Assembly: GCA_047495785.1 (NCBI GenBank)
Contig: JBLDXI010000073.1
Location: 186,001-250,000 of the forward strand
DNA from: Lepidodermella squamata
Taxonomy: Eukaryota; Animalia; Gastrotricha
Length of the DNA stretch: 64,000 bases
Reading direction: 5' to 3'
Under the pieces are notes generated by a model. That model searched no databases. It saw only the letters and a program-made list of their open reading frames with translations, and was not told the DNA's origin. Of the stretch, positions 24,607 through 38,933 are shown in pieces (the stretch's first letter is position 1; the number at the start of each line of letters is the position of its first letter). The position numbers were made by a program, and so were the translations under genes.

Positions 24607-27600
24607 ATGGCTACTTTTATTCGCATTATTATTTTCTTGGGCCTAGCCGGTTCGGTCTTCTCAGCCGACTACAAGCGCTGCTTCTCCCGGCTCAATGATG
24701 CCTTCACTGGTTGTAAAGTGGCCTGTTCCGTTTTCGACGAAGTTCAGGCAAGCTCGATACAAGTTGAACTACGAAATGAATCTTCTATCCATGTTGTCAG
24801 CTTGGACTCGCTTTGCCGTCATTGCCAACTTGCTTAGATGGGGTGAGTTTTTGCGATTGTACATCCAAATCCGATGTTAATTTGGCTTTATTTTAGTCCG
24901 CTCGAAGCTGCTTCAAATACAAAACAATCAGCATGCGGTGCATCCCTCGCAACTTGGGCTGTTCCTCGGCCGATGAGGTCATGGTTAGTATTTAACAAAT
25001 TTCGAAAAATGTGGAGAATTTTTTATTATCTCTTACCAGACTGCCGAATACCTGGGCAATAGTTTTGAAACGCAGTATAACCTTTGCAGGTCAGCAATGA
25101 AAAATTTCATGGTGAGCAGTTTCATGTCCTCATGAATCAGTATGGATGTTATTTCTCGCGCAGAATGTTCAAGCGACACTATGCGACAAAAATGGCCAGC
25201 AAACCTGTATCCCGAAAAGTGGCTCTTGCCCAAATAACGGAGTGAGTAGTTTTTATTTTCTAATATATGTTAGATGTTAGAACACCGAGTTTTGATTCTA
25301 ATCGAGAAAACGCGTAAGTAGAAGATTATTAAAAAATCAGCCTTAACGGCGGATTTTTTAGTAATCTCGAATAAACGAAGACGAGTGATACACGAGCAAG
25401 CGGAACGAGGCGCAGCCCATAGAGAAAAAAATGACCAGAGTAAGCACTCAAGCTAAAATATTGATCTCCATTATTATAGAAGTGCGTTCTCAAAACGGAT
25501 ATCTCCGTTTTCTACCAAATTTTGCATGCCTATAGAACGCGAGCTGCTCTTTCACGTGGTATAAGATTTGAGGTGGGCAATTGCTGCTCAGTCTTGATCT
25601 CTTCAAAATAAGTTAAAACATAGTGAAAACGAGGTTTTTGTATGCATGCGAAATTTGGTGAAGAACGGTGATATCCGTTTTGAGTTTTGAGAAAGTCAAC
25701 TTTGAATTAAAATGAGGATTTAGAAATTTTAGCTTGAGTGCTTTCTCTAGTCATTTTTTCTCTATGGCGCAGCCGAGTGAAGCGCGAGTTTTTCACGAGT
25801 CGAAGTTTACGAGAAGGAGCGTTTTCGAGATTAGGATCAAAACGAGTGATCTTACATTATTAGAGCTCGGCTTCTAATTTTCAGGGACTGAGTTATGCGA
25901 GTTTTTTCGCCTCATTTTAATCACATTTTCTGCTTCAAATGCGCGTCAAATAGTATCTTGCTGAACATTCCCAGCTCGGCATAACCATTACCACGTTATA
26001 GAGCGATGCCAATTGACTGAAATCGCTGCAATTAGCAATGGGAAATTCGTGCTAGTTTCGCAATGCTCGTATTTATTGCTAACACTGGTGTATGTGTGTT
26101 TAGTGTGTGCAATAAAAATGAAAAATAATTGCTGTGCGTAAAAATGCGTTGCTGTTTTATGAATGAGTAATTACGCGCAATAAAAAACGTGCGTGTTTTA
26201 ATTCGCTAAAAAAACGCACGCGTTCTAAGTGAAAAAACTCAAAATTAGAAATCGTGCGTTTTGCATTGTAAAATTAGAATCAGTGCTCTAATAGCGACAA
26301 AATTGATAGCAAGGCTAGCGGCCTGCGAGCCTCCATTCCCGAATTTTTCAGATGTTTGACTGGTATGATTTTGTTTTCGAGAGGGCGAAAACGGAGAATA
26401 GCGTCGCGGGATGCCTCCAACTCGGAATTTTCCTAATTTTTGACCAGGTGGAAAATTAAAAAAAAAATTGATACCGAGGCCAGTGGCTAAGCTTCTATTC
26501 GCGGTTTATTTGCGGGAATGCCTGGCTAAGCTTCTATTCGCGGTTTATTTGCCTCTTGCTAAAACGCTAGAAAGCCTTTACTACTTCGATGTCACAGGGT
26601 AAAAAAATTATTTTCGGTGGAAACCGAAGATAACCCGATCGAAATATATCGGTAATTAATCATTCAACTTTTCCCCATACCATTTATGGAATGATAACAA
26701 GAGGGACATTACTCTTTCTCGTGTTTCAGAGTGTGGTTGGATATTGGTCGACAACTTCTTCTTGCTTGGCACAGGCGAATCGTAAGTTTTTTAGTACAGT
26801 GTTCCCTCGATAACTGCACCCCGGCTATCAACACACCCTCTTTAATTGCAACTGTTGTTTGGACTCACAGCTGTCGCGTGGCACCATCTGTTTTAAGCAA
26901 AAAAACGCAAATCCCTCGTTAACTGTTTCCAAAGAGCTAGTTTTAAGAGTAGGAACTCTATCTTAAAACTAGCTCTACGACTGTTTCTCTCGATAACTTC
27001 ACGGGTCTGGACCCCGACCCCGTGCAGTTAAAAAGGGAGCACTGTAATACCATTGTTCTTAGCCAGTGTGTTTCTAAGTGGAATTCTTCCGGGGAAATAA
27101 AAATTCCCACACAATCTAATTAATTTTTCTTGCCAGTTGTACGCAACGATGCTGATTTCTTGCCGCAATATCGATGCTTCCTCCAGATCGACCAGTCTTT
27201 TCTCGGCTGCCAATCTAAGCCCTGCAATTCGCCCAACGTGACTCAGGTATGAAGCTCAACGAACGAGCGAGGAAACTGTGTTTAAAACTTGCCTCAATGC
27301 TTTTGAAGTCCTACAGCCTTGGCACTTATGTCGACAAAGCCCACTGTATCAATGGCGTTAGTTTCAGCTTATCGTTTCTTTTGCTCTATTTCTCAAATCT
27401 CGCAGCCCGCAGCGGTTTGCACCTCATCGAATGGCCTGGTTTGCCGTAACAACTGCCCTACTCCAATGACACTGGTCAGAGCTTTCATCCTGAATCCAGA
27501 CATCAACGTTTTGAATATATGTCTTCCAGGTAGCGACATTCAACTCTAAAACCGACTTTGCGGCCAACTACGCTGATTGCCTACAAGCGCTGGTGAGAAC

Positions 27601-30600
27601 TAGACCCAAGTGCTTTAGTCTTGTTAAACGTTTTGAAACGAACAGAAACCTCACAAACTCTGTGTGGATCAAACCTCGTTCGCCTTTGCGACGTGCGTAG
27701 CCGTGCCAAGCAACGCCGCGTGCCCTGATGGGACAGTCACAGGGGCTACGTTCAACAACCTTTACGAGTGCACTTCTGGTGAGCTTCAACTTTTGTAAAT
27801 TTCCAAGTTTGAAATTGTGTTAATTCAGCCCCGCCTGAGAAGTATCCGTATCAGCGCTGCTTCGACTGGTCGATTCCTTCTTTCAAAGGCTGCAACAGAG
27901 CGCCGGCGAACTGCAGCGGAACTGATGTGAGAATTTTGTATTCAAGCGCAAGACTAATAGCATTTCGCTGCCTTATATAGACTCTCAGCCCAATTATTTT
28001 CCCTACCAAAACATACTGCGAGCAAGGGGTAAGTCTTTTCCGAGCCATCATTGTTGACGATGAATGAGACCTTGGCAGCCTATTCGCATGTGCTACGATT
28101 CGGCAACCGGTGGCACCTGTCGGGAAACCTGCGATACAGGAAGCGGAAAATTTGACGTAAGCTATTTTCAGGTTTAATATTTTGTCTTTAAATGCTTAAA
28201 TACCAGATTGGGCCTGTTGGAGGCTTTGATGCCCCTATTTCTGAATCCATCTCCGATTGCATGTCTGTGCTTCAGGTCAGAATTATACAGGATTGAAAGC
28301 GTCTTGAAGTTAACCTAAAATGCAGGACAAGCATATCAAATGCGTTGATAGCAAGACGAATTTCTATGCTGTTTGCATCCCGCGATCAATGAACTGCCCA
28401 GCTAACATCACGGTAGGCGACACCTGGATGTTAACATCGTTGTGATTTTGTATTGTATTCAAATTTACAACAGGTGGCATGGGAAAGCGCTGCCACTACT
28501 TACGACAGTTTCGATGCTTGTAAGATAGGGTATGTCATAGACAATAATACAAGATCGGAAACTTCTTGGTGTAATATTGCATCATGTGTAAGGGATTAGC
28601 GAGGGAGGTTTTACTTTTCAGAGATCGCATGCTTGCATTAAAAATTATCGATTTTGAAGAGTGATTCCAAAAAATGGTTAGTCAGGTTAATTCCTGTTAA
28701 AATTAAGGCTTGCAGGGAATTTCATCAGAATAATCACAAAAATTTATTTCAGCGCCAATTTTGTTTGATTTTCTACTCAATTACGAAAACAACCCTTTTT
28801 GGCAAAACTGTGAAAATTGCTCAAGCTCTTGGGCCGAAATTTTACAAGCCAACGTATCCGAAAAATCGAAAGTAAATTCCGCTGAATACGTATAACGTAT
28901 ACTCACCATGTATCGAACGAGCCCAAGTTCGACATTTTAAGATTTTATTTCGAATTTCATGAAATGCGGGCAAGCAATTCTCAGTTTTGAGTCTTTAACT
29001 GTAAAATTATCCCGCGACGCTCTGACGCAGATTGCCTGAGAGCCCATTGCATGCAAGAGCACATCAACTTATAAAAAGAGTTATCCATCCTCATGTTACA
29101 AGCTGAAGTCTCGATGAAAACTAATTGTTTTCTTTATCAATACTTATCACGCCATAAAAGTTACAAAATTTCCGCTATTGAAAAGTTCGAAAATTAGAAT
29201 AGATAGGATAATTATATGTTATATGAGCGAGCAGATTTATTTCTGATTTCCTAATTCAGGTTTAGATTAATGCCGCTCAAAACTTAATTTCTCCGCAAAT
29301 TATCTAAATTCAAAATAAAATCTTAAAATGTTGAGCTTGGGCTCGTTTGATAGAGAGTGAATAGTGGACTTCAGGGGGATTGATCCCCTAATTTTCCGAT
29401 ACGATCGCGTAAAAATTTCCGCCAGCAAACCTTGAACCGATTTCGCAATTTCGTCAGGAAATTGCCATTTTCAAAACTCGGTGGAAAATCGACCAAACTT
29501 GGTGCCGGGAATATTTTTGTTGATTGGGACAGCCAGCGAAATTCTCTACCAGCTAAACTATTTTACAAAAATTTAGAAAAGTAACCACTTGGTGAAATCG
29601 GCCTTTGAAATCGATACTATTTTCAATGCAATTATGCGAGAACTCACTTGATACAAGAGCAAGATACCGTATATTCCGTAATAGCTTCATACACCCGTTA
29701 TTACCGCCCGTCCCGTTTACAACCCCCCTTTTCAAGGCATTTGAAAAAATAAAGCCTCATACTCGCAACAGCTACTCGTGATCTAAATTTTAAATCAAAC
29801 TTTGAAAATCGCATTTAAAAATAATTGCGCATACTTTTTTGAAATTCCATTTGTTTGTTTGTTTGTTTGTTTGATAGGCATGTTTGATAGAAAATTGGGA
29901 AGCATATCTGAGTGAGAGAATTTAAGCAACGAAAATTGCCCAAGTAGCGTCCCTGTCGGAAACGGATAGCCCAACTAAGGCTATTTTTCAATCGAAAATT
30001 TTTGGGCCCAAATACACTCCAGTTTTCGCCCAACTATTTTAGCCTATGGTAGGCCTACAAAATTCAGAATTTTCTTTGCTATTTAACCACCAATTTAGCC
30101 TATTTTAGGCTTTTGATAAAGAATTTGAAAATAAAAATATTACCGAAAGCGCCGAAGTTAGGCCATTCTGGAGGTTCGCAACTGCCATGTTAGGCTTAGT
30201 TGGAGTTACAGCTTTTTTCCGCGCGTTTTGAAAATGTGCAAAATTAACGCCTAATTTAGCCTAAACTGAAGGTTAATTTTCATTTAAATAGGCTATTAAA
30301 AGCCCGCTCCTTCCGGTTCCTTTCCTCTCCTTTCCTTTCTTCTCTCTTATTCTTATCTTCGTCACTATTCTTTATACCCGAAATGAGACATTAAATCCAC
30401 ATTAATAATTTTTATTTTACAAATCAGACGATATAAATTTGTTTCACAAGTTATAACAGAAGAAGACGAATAATAATAACAGTCATTAGTTAAGCATCAA
30501 AGCCTGTTGTTCTTGCTCCGGCTGGCCGCTGATTGCCGTCGCGGTGAAAAATTGTTGTTGAACCGAAGCCTTGAGCTGCTTGGTAACGAAATCCGCATCG

Positions 30601-33497
30601 CTCCATCCTTGGGCTCCATTGCTAGATGCCAATCCAGCCAATCTGAAATAAAACAGGAATTAATTCGAGTGAATTGTCAAACAAACAACTTTAAGCAAGA
30701 AATAATTTCTCATTTTACAATTTTTAATTGAATTTTGTAAGCTAAATTTGAATGAGAAAAAATGGAAAAATTGCAGTTGATAAAATATTTCAAGTCCCTC
30801 TAAAATCTCCCTGAATTTTGAAATTTCTAATATTTTTTGAAATTTGAGTTAATACGCAGAATTTTGATCGATATTTTTCTATAATTTATTAGCATCGACT
30901 TACTTTAACTAGATGATCATTTCGTGATAGCCCAGGGAAAACACGATATTCGCCTTGCGCTAACGTTACCGCATGTCAGCAGAATTCTGTTTAAAAAATA
31001 GAAAATTCATGCAAACTTGATTCATTGTAATGACTACCTGATTTTCAATCGATTTAGGACGAATTCGATCGATTCTGTAAAATAAGTAAATAAATAAATA
31101 AAAAGAGTTGATCAAATAGCAGCTATACCAATCGGAATTAGCTGCACTTAGCTTATGCCAAGTGAAACATTGCATGAGAAAATGGTCAGCAAGCTAGACT
31201 CTAATCTTCATAAAAATAAAAGTAAGAAAAATGACTTGCTTTTGTGAAGCAAAAAACCGAAAATGAGAGAAAATAATTCATGCTTTTCGACGTCGTTACT
31301 GTTTGCATCACAATGAAAGCCCTCTGCGTAACAATCGCGCTTAATAACGCAACAAGGAAATTTGACCTCGAAAACTGGGTCGATAATTTAAAAGCAATTT
31401 TTGGTTTATTTTTGGTTTTAAGGAGCTATACGAGCCAACAGCCAACGGCTAAGGGATATCGGCTATCGGCTACGCCGCTCAATATTTTGCTAATTTCATA
31501 TTATACTTCATCCAAAATTGAAAACTGTGGCTCTGAATTTCCAAAGAAGTTAATATTTTTCCGTTTTAATTTTCAAAGCAATTCAACCACATTTTCTATC
31601 CATTTTTGGCCTGTGCTCTCATTTTTCGAAATTCATTGCATGCGCGACTTGAGTAATAAAATCTCAAACTAATTAAACCAGCTACAAATTGTGTATTTCG
31701 GAAAAATTTAAAATTCGAGTAGATTTCGGTAATTCCCTCAAGGCCTGAGGTTTGGCTTTTTTTGGTATTTGTTCTCTACCAAAATGCATTAATAAAAATT
31801 CTAAAAATTCTGTTCTAATAAAAATTCACCGCAGTATTCAACAATTTTTTTGAATTTATTCAATATTGTTTAAATGGGCAGTATTTTACGTCAACGCAGT
31901 ATTTTTGCCAAGTTATCCTAGACAATTACTCTGACTTATATTTTTCTTCTATAATCTGTTCATCTCAGCATCAGCTGTTATAGCTGCCCATTGATACCAA
32001 CCACATAAATTATAATTCATTTTCGAGCGCGGAAACAGCGCTTCATAAAAATCGATCAATTCTGTTTATTCGCTGATTTATTTCCAATTTATTGGGAATT
32101 TTGCTGAAAGCCGCGTAGAAAGCCGCAGTTTTGCTGGAAGAAATTGATGAAAAAATCGAAAGAGTAAAATGACTGAAAAATCACAAAAGCCGTGAAAAAT
32201 AGAGAAAATCGCGTGTCGTTGGCTATTTTAGGCTGCTCCAATGGGTAAGCCTATCCGAGGCCAACTTTGAATTGATCTGAAAAAGGCTAAAATCGTCAAA
32301 TTTTTGAAAAAATGAGCAAAGGCTAAATAAGGCGAAATTAGAGGTTGCGACTTTAGGTCATTTTTAGCCGAATCTCAGGAAGCCTATCGAGGCCTAAATT
32401 GGAGGTTGCTCTTTTTGACGAGAGCCAACGTAAAAACACTTCAACATGGTAAAAGCCTATCGAAGCCTAAATTAGGAGTTCGAATTAGTGGTTAAGCCCA
32501 AAAACCCTATCTGAGCCTACGGATTTTCGACAGGGGTTTGATTTCCTAGCAGCCATCATTTGAAAAAAACTCAAATTTTGAATGTTTAAAAATTTGAATA
32601 AAAATGGCTGAGAACTCGCTATCGAACGATGAAGTTCTCGATTTTGATGAGGAGTTGTTGACTCAAGTTTAAAAGTTATCAATTTATTCTAATTTTACTC
32701 AATTTTAACGCTTGAAAACTTGCTCTGAAATAATAAAGTCGCATGATCGCAATTGTAACACGTCCCGTTTGCAACCCCCCTTTTTCGAAGCTTTGAAAAC
32801 ACAATGCCCCCTGAAGCTAATACGGAAAATACGGTAAGTAATCAACCTCATTCACTAATCCCTAACATACCGGATGCAATTTTACACTATGTGAGAGCTG
32901 TAAGTTTCCGATCTTGTATTATTGTCCATTATGTGATCCAATCTGAGCTTTTTTCTTTTCTACTCATTCTTCAAAAATTACATTCTTCGTTAATGCACGT
33001 ATTTCAGTATGATGCGATGCGAATCAGCCGCTGGAACCGCAACGTGTCGATCGAGTAGCGGGAACTGCTCCGCCAACGAAACTCGCTTTCCGCCGTCTGC
33101 AGTGTATGCGAGTGAGCAAAGTTGCCAAAACGCTGCTAAGAAGATTTTCCTCCTACGGAAACCTGACTCGATCTGGAATGGATTAGGAGCTGCCCAGCAA
33201 TGCGTCAACGCAAACAGCCGTATAGCTATGCCGAAAACAGATGATGAATTTACGCAAGCCAAGCAAGTCAGCTCTCGCGTTAGTGCGTCCTGGGTAGGAT
33301 TGAAGAAATTTCCAGACGGCACTTACAAGTATTACGATGGAACGGCGTACGCTTACAAGGCCGAAGATTGGCACTACCAGAACCAGAACGAGGACTGTGT
33401 TGGTATCGCAGACCTTTATTTTACAGGCAGTTGTAGGTACTTCACGTATTCTTGTACCTATTATCTTGTCTCCGTCTTGTGCGAGACTTATTATTAG
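24607..33497 (+). CDS. Secreted protein: signal peptide, seven 4-Cys modules, C-type lectin-like domain (13 exons)
   Basis: Exons read at 24607, 24801, 24897, 25040, 25164, 26730, ~27829, ~27980, ~28079, ~28207, ~28326, ~28474 and 33008. The phase-2 junction GG|T across a 4.5-kb intron matches. CTLD 'SWVGLKK...EDCV...VLCE'. Confidence 0.8.
25418..25766. mobile_element. P- or hAT-type MITE nested in an older MITE (~25265..25860)
   Basis: TIR catagagaaaaaaatgac and an 8-bp TSD GCGCAGCC on both sides. Confidence 0.85.
26797..27044. mobile_element. Tc1/mariner-like MITE in intron
   Basis: TIR cagtgttccct / agggagcactg, TA flanks. Confidence 0.75.
27249..27549 (+). mobile_element. Decayed LTR-retrotransposon integrase-like fragment
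   Basis: Across two frames: 'INGVSF', 'RFFCSISQI..TSSNGLV.R.N' and 'LVRAF' resemble the rve core DNG..F...FC...SNG..ER.N. Confidence 0.35.
28690..29600. mobile_element. Foldback-type element in intron (ends approximate)
   Basis: Inverted arms, e.g. 28915 cgaacgagcccaagttcgacattttaagattttattt vs ~29310-29350 aaataaaatcttaaaatgttgagcttgggctcgtttg. Confidence 0.55.
29667..32834. mobile_element. 3.2-kb non-autonomous TA-target element (CCGTA termini) with nested sequence
   Basis: ta|ccgtatattccgtaatagcttca ... tgaagctaatacggaaaatacgg|ta. Confidence 0.7.
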
Positions 33498-34442
33498 TCT
33501 GCGTTCTTGTGGGATTGGGAGTTGCGTATCGCCAATTTTCTGCTGTCTTGCCATTTGAATTTCAACTCTATATATTTCATTAGGTAATGTTTCGGTTATT
33601 ATTAGCCTATTCGTGGTTCTGAATGATATCGATTACTATTCAAACTGTTCAGATTCTTTTCGGTTGTCAAAAAATTATGCTCAATTATTTCGAAATAAAT
33701 TATTCACGTGATTGTCCTGGGGAAAATCATGTTTTCACCCTGAGATCCATAATAACCACCAAACAAAATTACGCCCCTTGAAGATATCATTGCATTTGTC
33801 GCGATCGGTCAAAAATTGTTAATGGCTGACATTCCGAAGAACAAAGAAAACGCCTCACAATCCTAATAAGGAGAGAGACAACGTTTTCTCCAAAGGAAAA
33901 TTTCTCCTTCTAACGGTTCAATTATTAACCACTGTGCGAAAATGCTAGACATACAATTTGAAAAACGTGTGAACAAGTGTAATTCTCTTTCAGAAAGGGA
34001 CTAAAGGGGACTAAAGATAACGAGATCACTCAAGTGTGGAATGCGGTAAGAACGCATGGTGTCGTTGGAAATGAGAAAAAATTAGGGCCCTTTCAGGAAT
34101 TAAAGGCAGAGTCGATGATCGATATTATATTTCTTAAAATGTATGATTTACGACATAATTACTCTCAGACATTGAATTTGTCCTAAACCTAAGGTGTGCA
34201 GTGAGACAATGTTTTCTGCAAAAGAAAGGTTCCCCTTCCAAATGCTAAATTATTTAACACTATGCGAACATGCCAAACATGAATCAATATTACATGCATT
34301 ATTTGAGGAGCCTGGAGCTTGTAAGAGTCTATCAAGTTGGTTCCCATGGGCTAACTCGTGTTTAGTCATCAACATCATCGATTCATAATAGACAGCGGTT
34401 TCGAGTTCATTTGAGTCTGAGTAGGAACGTCTCTAACTTACA

Positions 34443-37400
34443 ATGAAAGTCTTTATAATCTTACTAGCAATCATTTCAGCAGCTCAAAGTGAAGAAGTTA
34501 CCGAAGCGACGGAACTTCCGTCTACAACAGAAATATCAGCGGAAACCGAGGTTTCATCTACAACAGAAGTTTCCATTACAACAGAGCTCTCAGCCACAAC
34601 AGCTGAAACAGAAAGTTCAACTATAACCGCAACTCCAACAACCAGTATTGCTTTAACGACGAGACCATCAACAAATTGCCAATTTACTCACTGCAGCGGG
34701 CGGAATTTTACCGCTTACCCGAATGGTGAAGCAACTTTGTTTTGCCTTTTACCAACAGGAACAAGTTTCACGCTTCTGTTCTGCAATAAATCTAGCGACA
34801 CATTCCAGCCCTACGCTAATAAAGCTCCTCTTGAAGTTATGGATTGCTTTGGTCGCCTCAATTTCACCATCAAAACCACAAGATACCGATTGGACTCCGA
34901 AGGTTCGGTATGCCAAGTCCAGGGAAGCATTTGTAACTCATCTGGGCTGAATCCAGACGATTTCAAGTGGTTCTTCGCTCGACTCAACAGAATGGACGGT
35001 AATTTTCAATTATTTCGACATGAATTTATACACAATTTCATAATAATTAGCCTCTGGGACAATTTTCTGCTCTTACAACCTTTCGCAGAACTTTGATGGC
35101 TCTGATTCGCATCAAATTGCGTTTTTCTACAACGGAACATACTTCGATTTGGTAACTGATAGTAGGGGATTCCTAACAAGGGTCCGGCAAGCTGTACCCC
35201 AAACCGCTTATATCCGAAATGTAGTGAAAACTGACCTCCCAGACTGCGATTTATGTTGCTGGGTCGACGATTTGTACACAATCCGAGAAAGTGGGGCTAC
35301 GATCGTTTCTGAGTACTACTACGACGGCTCTCAATGGACTGTTTGGTCAGTTCGAGGCGGTTGGCCGTTTCGATCTGTCTACTCAGGCGAGGTTACCCCG
35401 GCAATGATGAGCTGTTTGAACCATCTGAATGGCATGAAATGGACCCATTTTAACGGGAAACGTTACGGCTGGTTTAACGGGAGTATTCACCTGATGACAG
35501 TTGCAGGGGATCCCACTGGGCCACCCCTCACCCTGTCACCCGATTTTATGAAATCATCCGATGCTGATCCTATATCGAAGGGAGGATTTTACTACCTATT
35601 TACTCAAAACCCGAATCCCATAGGTATATACCGAACTTCGAAAGGTTCCTGGTGGGTTAAGATTGAGAATGGTCGCCTCAACAATCGGGCCAGGAGACCG
35701 CCCCCGCCCTGCTCGTCCGGGTTAGGCGGGTTACCGAGCGTTGGCGGATCGGCTTTGTCGTCAAACGGGCCGAAGCAGTGTTATCAAACGCCTGATGTGG
35801 TGGCCATGAACCAGGTCATTCCTTGCGACCCGCTATCGACCGATGCGAATCAATGCGGTGAGGGGTACACTTGTCGCAAGTTGCCTTCGATTTTCGATAT
35901 TAGTTGCCGTATGGGTGTTTGCATGGCTGATTATGCGGTCCTGTGCCCTCCTGTGAGGCCTTCGACTTCTCGCACGACTTTTTCGCGGTTACCTTCGACT
36001 ACTACAAGGGCTGCTACTACGACAACAGCTGTTACCACTGACTTGATTTCGACTACTGAAACAACTACATCTGTGACTACGACACTGCCGCCTGTCAAAA
36101 CAACGAAAGCTAGTAAGCATTCTATTTCGGTATTGTAGAATCAGTGTACAAAGCACCAGGGTTACCTTAAAAGATCCTGGCCCGAAACCCCAAAACAAGT
36201 ACCCGAGCATACCCCCTCTCCCTCAACTCAAGGATCCTACTTCATCCACAGTACAGAATCATTATCCATAGAGCCCGATGTCTAACTAAGCTGTGACCTA
36301 GTGTTCGTCTCTAAATGAGTTGATCTGGCTTAGATTCCCGATGATTTTGAGCTTGAATAATGAGGAACCTCTCGATTATGCCGGAATCTGGGTTTTGTCT
36401 TTCAGAATTTGGCGACGAATGTATTTGGAACGAAGATTGCCACACTGGTACTTGCAGAGACGGAATATGTGGCTGTTCAAGTTGCACCAAACCCCTGCCT
36501 GTTCTGAACTATAACTGGAGAACTGGTCACATGGAATATGCCGAGCGCTGCATTCGTAAGTTTTGATTAGATTATGATTTTTGATCGAGAATCAATTCAA
36601 ATACTTCAAATTCCAAAAACAAAGAGGGAATTAGGACTTCGGGAATAGGAAATTTACTAGTTCAGGGTAAAGGGGCCTAAATCTAGTTCTTGAACCCTTA
36701 ATTCAGAGTAATACCCAACTGAAGCCTCAAGGTTAACTTTAACCTATTTCGCACGCAGAAACGAAAGCAGTGGTCCGAGTACGGGGGGTAAGAGGGGTAA
36801 ACAAACCCCCTTGACATTCGAAATTTTCTAAAAAACGTAAGGGTCCCCCCTGCTGATTTGCAAATTTAGGGCTCAAAATGCTCGATTTACCCCCCTCAGA
36901 GCTGGACCTAGTCGGAACCCTGAACGAAAGACTTTTTATGTTTCAGCTTTGAATTCGACTGTTGGAAATATCGGCGATGTTTGCAATGTTTACGCATCCG
37001 TCCGCAAGAATGACTGCGGCTTCGGCACGATATGCGCGAAATGCCCCGAGGTTTGGCACAGCAAATTCGCCCCAGCGAGGTGTGTTGCAATCTTAAATGC
37101 CACATCAAACCAAGACTACTGCCCAGCTTCTTACGAATGTGGCTACAAGGCTAGCTGTTCGGTTATAGCCGGAACACCGACATGCACCTGCCCAAGGAAA
37201 TACACCCTGGAGCCGAATATGAAGGACTGCTTTGGTTGGACGAACCATACTACAACTGAGTGCAGCGTTACTTGCGGGATGGGTGTATGGAATGTCGTGA
37301 GATTTTGCGATAAATCTGTAAAATCCACATCAAAATGCTACGGGCCGAGTAATTACACACTACCCTGCATGGGGGAAAATGGTCCATGCTTGCGTAAGTC

Positions 37401-38477
37401 AGTTAACCCCTAAAAACCAATATTCAAACTATTCTTTTTATTGCCACAGTGAATGAGACAATGTCTCGAGCAGCAGTGAAGCTCAAAATCAAGTCGAGCG
37501 TGATAACCCCGGAAAATTTCGATTTGGCGATCGAGCCCGGGCTCAAGAAGAAAACAGTATCGAGATTGAATGAGAAATGCATGACAAATTCGACGATTTT
37601 TGAGACTGAATGCTGCCCTGGGCGGCAGTGGCCTAACCATCACCAAAGCAGTTCGAACGAAACTACAACCCAGCAGCGCATCGTTCACGATGACTGCATT
37701 AACTCGAAATGGGGTGTTTTGTTCATGAACAAGTACTCAGATGGCGACTACTTTCACTTCTATGTCGTGGCTAGGGGAAATCGGAAAAGCTTATGCTGTA
37801 CCTCAGCGCCTAGAATCGAGAACCGGACGAGAAGATCCGTGGATGAGGAAGACAAACTGCTGACGAATTTCGTAATCTACGCAGCAATTTCTGACAATTC
37901 TTTGTAAGATTTCAAAAAAGTCTCGCTCTAATAGGAGTTAAATTCATGTTAAATTGCAGTATTCAAGGATTAACCGAGCTGGTTCAATATGTTGATGCTA
38001 AAGCTGTACCTGAGAAGCCTAAGAAAGCTGTTTACATCCCACCTGTAACTCAGCCTTACTTTTCGACTCAACCTCCTGCAGTGAGACGTTTGAAACTGTT
38101 TTTCTCTAAAATCTTAAACTTTTCAATTGCTTAGACGGCGTCTGTCTCAGTAGGAGGAATTCCTTTATGGGCGATAGGAGTCGCGGCTGGTTCAGGGTTC
38201 TTGCTGATCGTGATTGGTTTAGTTGTAGCTCTTATCGTCTATAGGTACAATAAGTAAGTCTCATTTACTCATTTGGGCATTTTTCCCTCAATTTTCCCAT
38301 GCCATTAGGAAGAAGGCAAAGTTAGCAAAGCAAGATAAGCCCACATCTGGTTGGATTCCGCCACAAAACACTGTCGGACCAATGAGTATTCGAAGAGTTA
38401 CGCATGGTTGCCAAGATTGGCACAACAAATACAATGAGAGGCATGCTGTCCGGGTTCATCCTCACTACAGATACTGA
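34443..38477 (+). CDS. Type I membrane glycoprotein B (paralog of 18970)
   Basis: Same domain order and introns as A. RTRR site, TM WAIGVAAGSGFLLIVIGLVVALIVY, stop at 38475-38477. Confidence 0.85.
36768..36922. mobile_element. 155-bp hAT MITE in intron of gene B
   Basis: TIR cagtggtccgagta / tagtcggaaccctg and an 8-bp TSD AACGAAAG. Confidence 0.85.
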
Positions 38478-38933
38478 AAATTATTTAGCTTAATGTTCGG
38501 CATTGCACACTCTCATTTTTAATCTGTTTAATGGTAGCTTCATAATTTCTCTTGTCGTAATATTTTGACGAACAAACAAACACGGAGTTGCTAAAGCAGA
38601 GGGTTTGCCTACCTATTGGGTGGCTTTATGGATTCACCGTGAATTCTTGACCATGTTATTCGAAGTTGTGGCAAGACGAACTTAATAAACTGTAATCCTA
38701 CAAGGTAAGACTGATACTTTATCAGCTGTAGCTTTCATTCAGTACAGCAAGTCCTTGTAATTTCTCTTTCAAAAGATTCTCCCATTCATGCGTGTTGAAT
38801 ATTCAGCGCAGAAATAATTCAGAACAGAAATGCATAGTAAATGTATTCATCCACTATAAATGCTTTGACGGAGAAACATGGCCATCGCTCTAAAAAAATG
38901 CCTCAATAAAACATTCACGTAAAACGTAAGATC

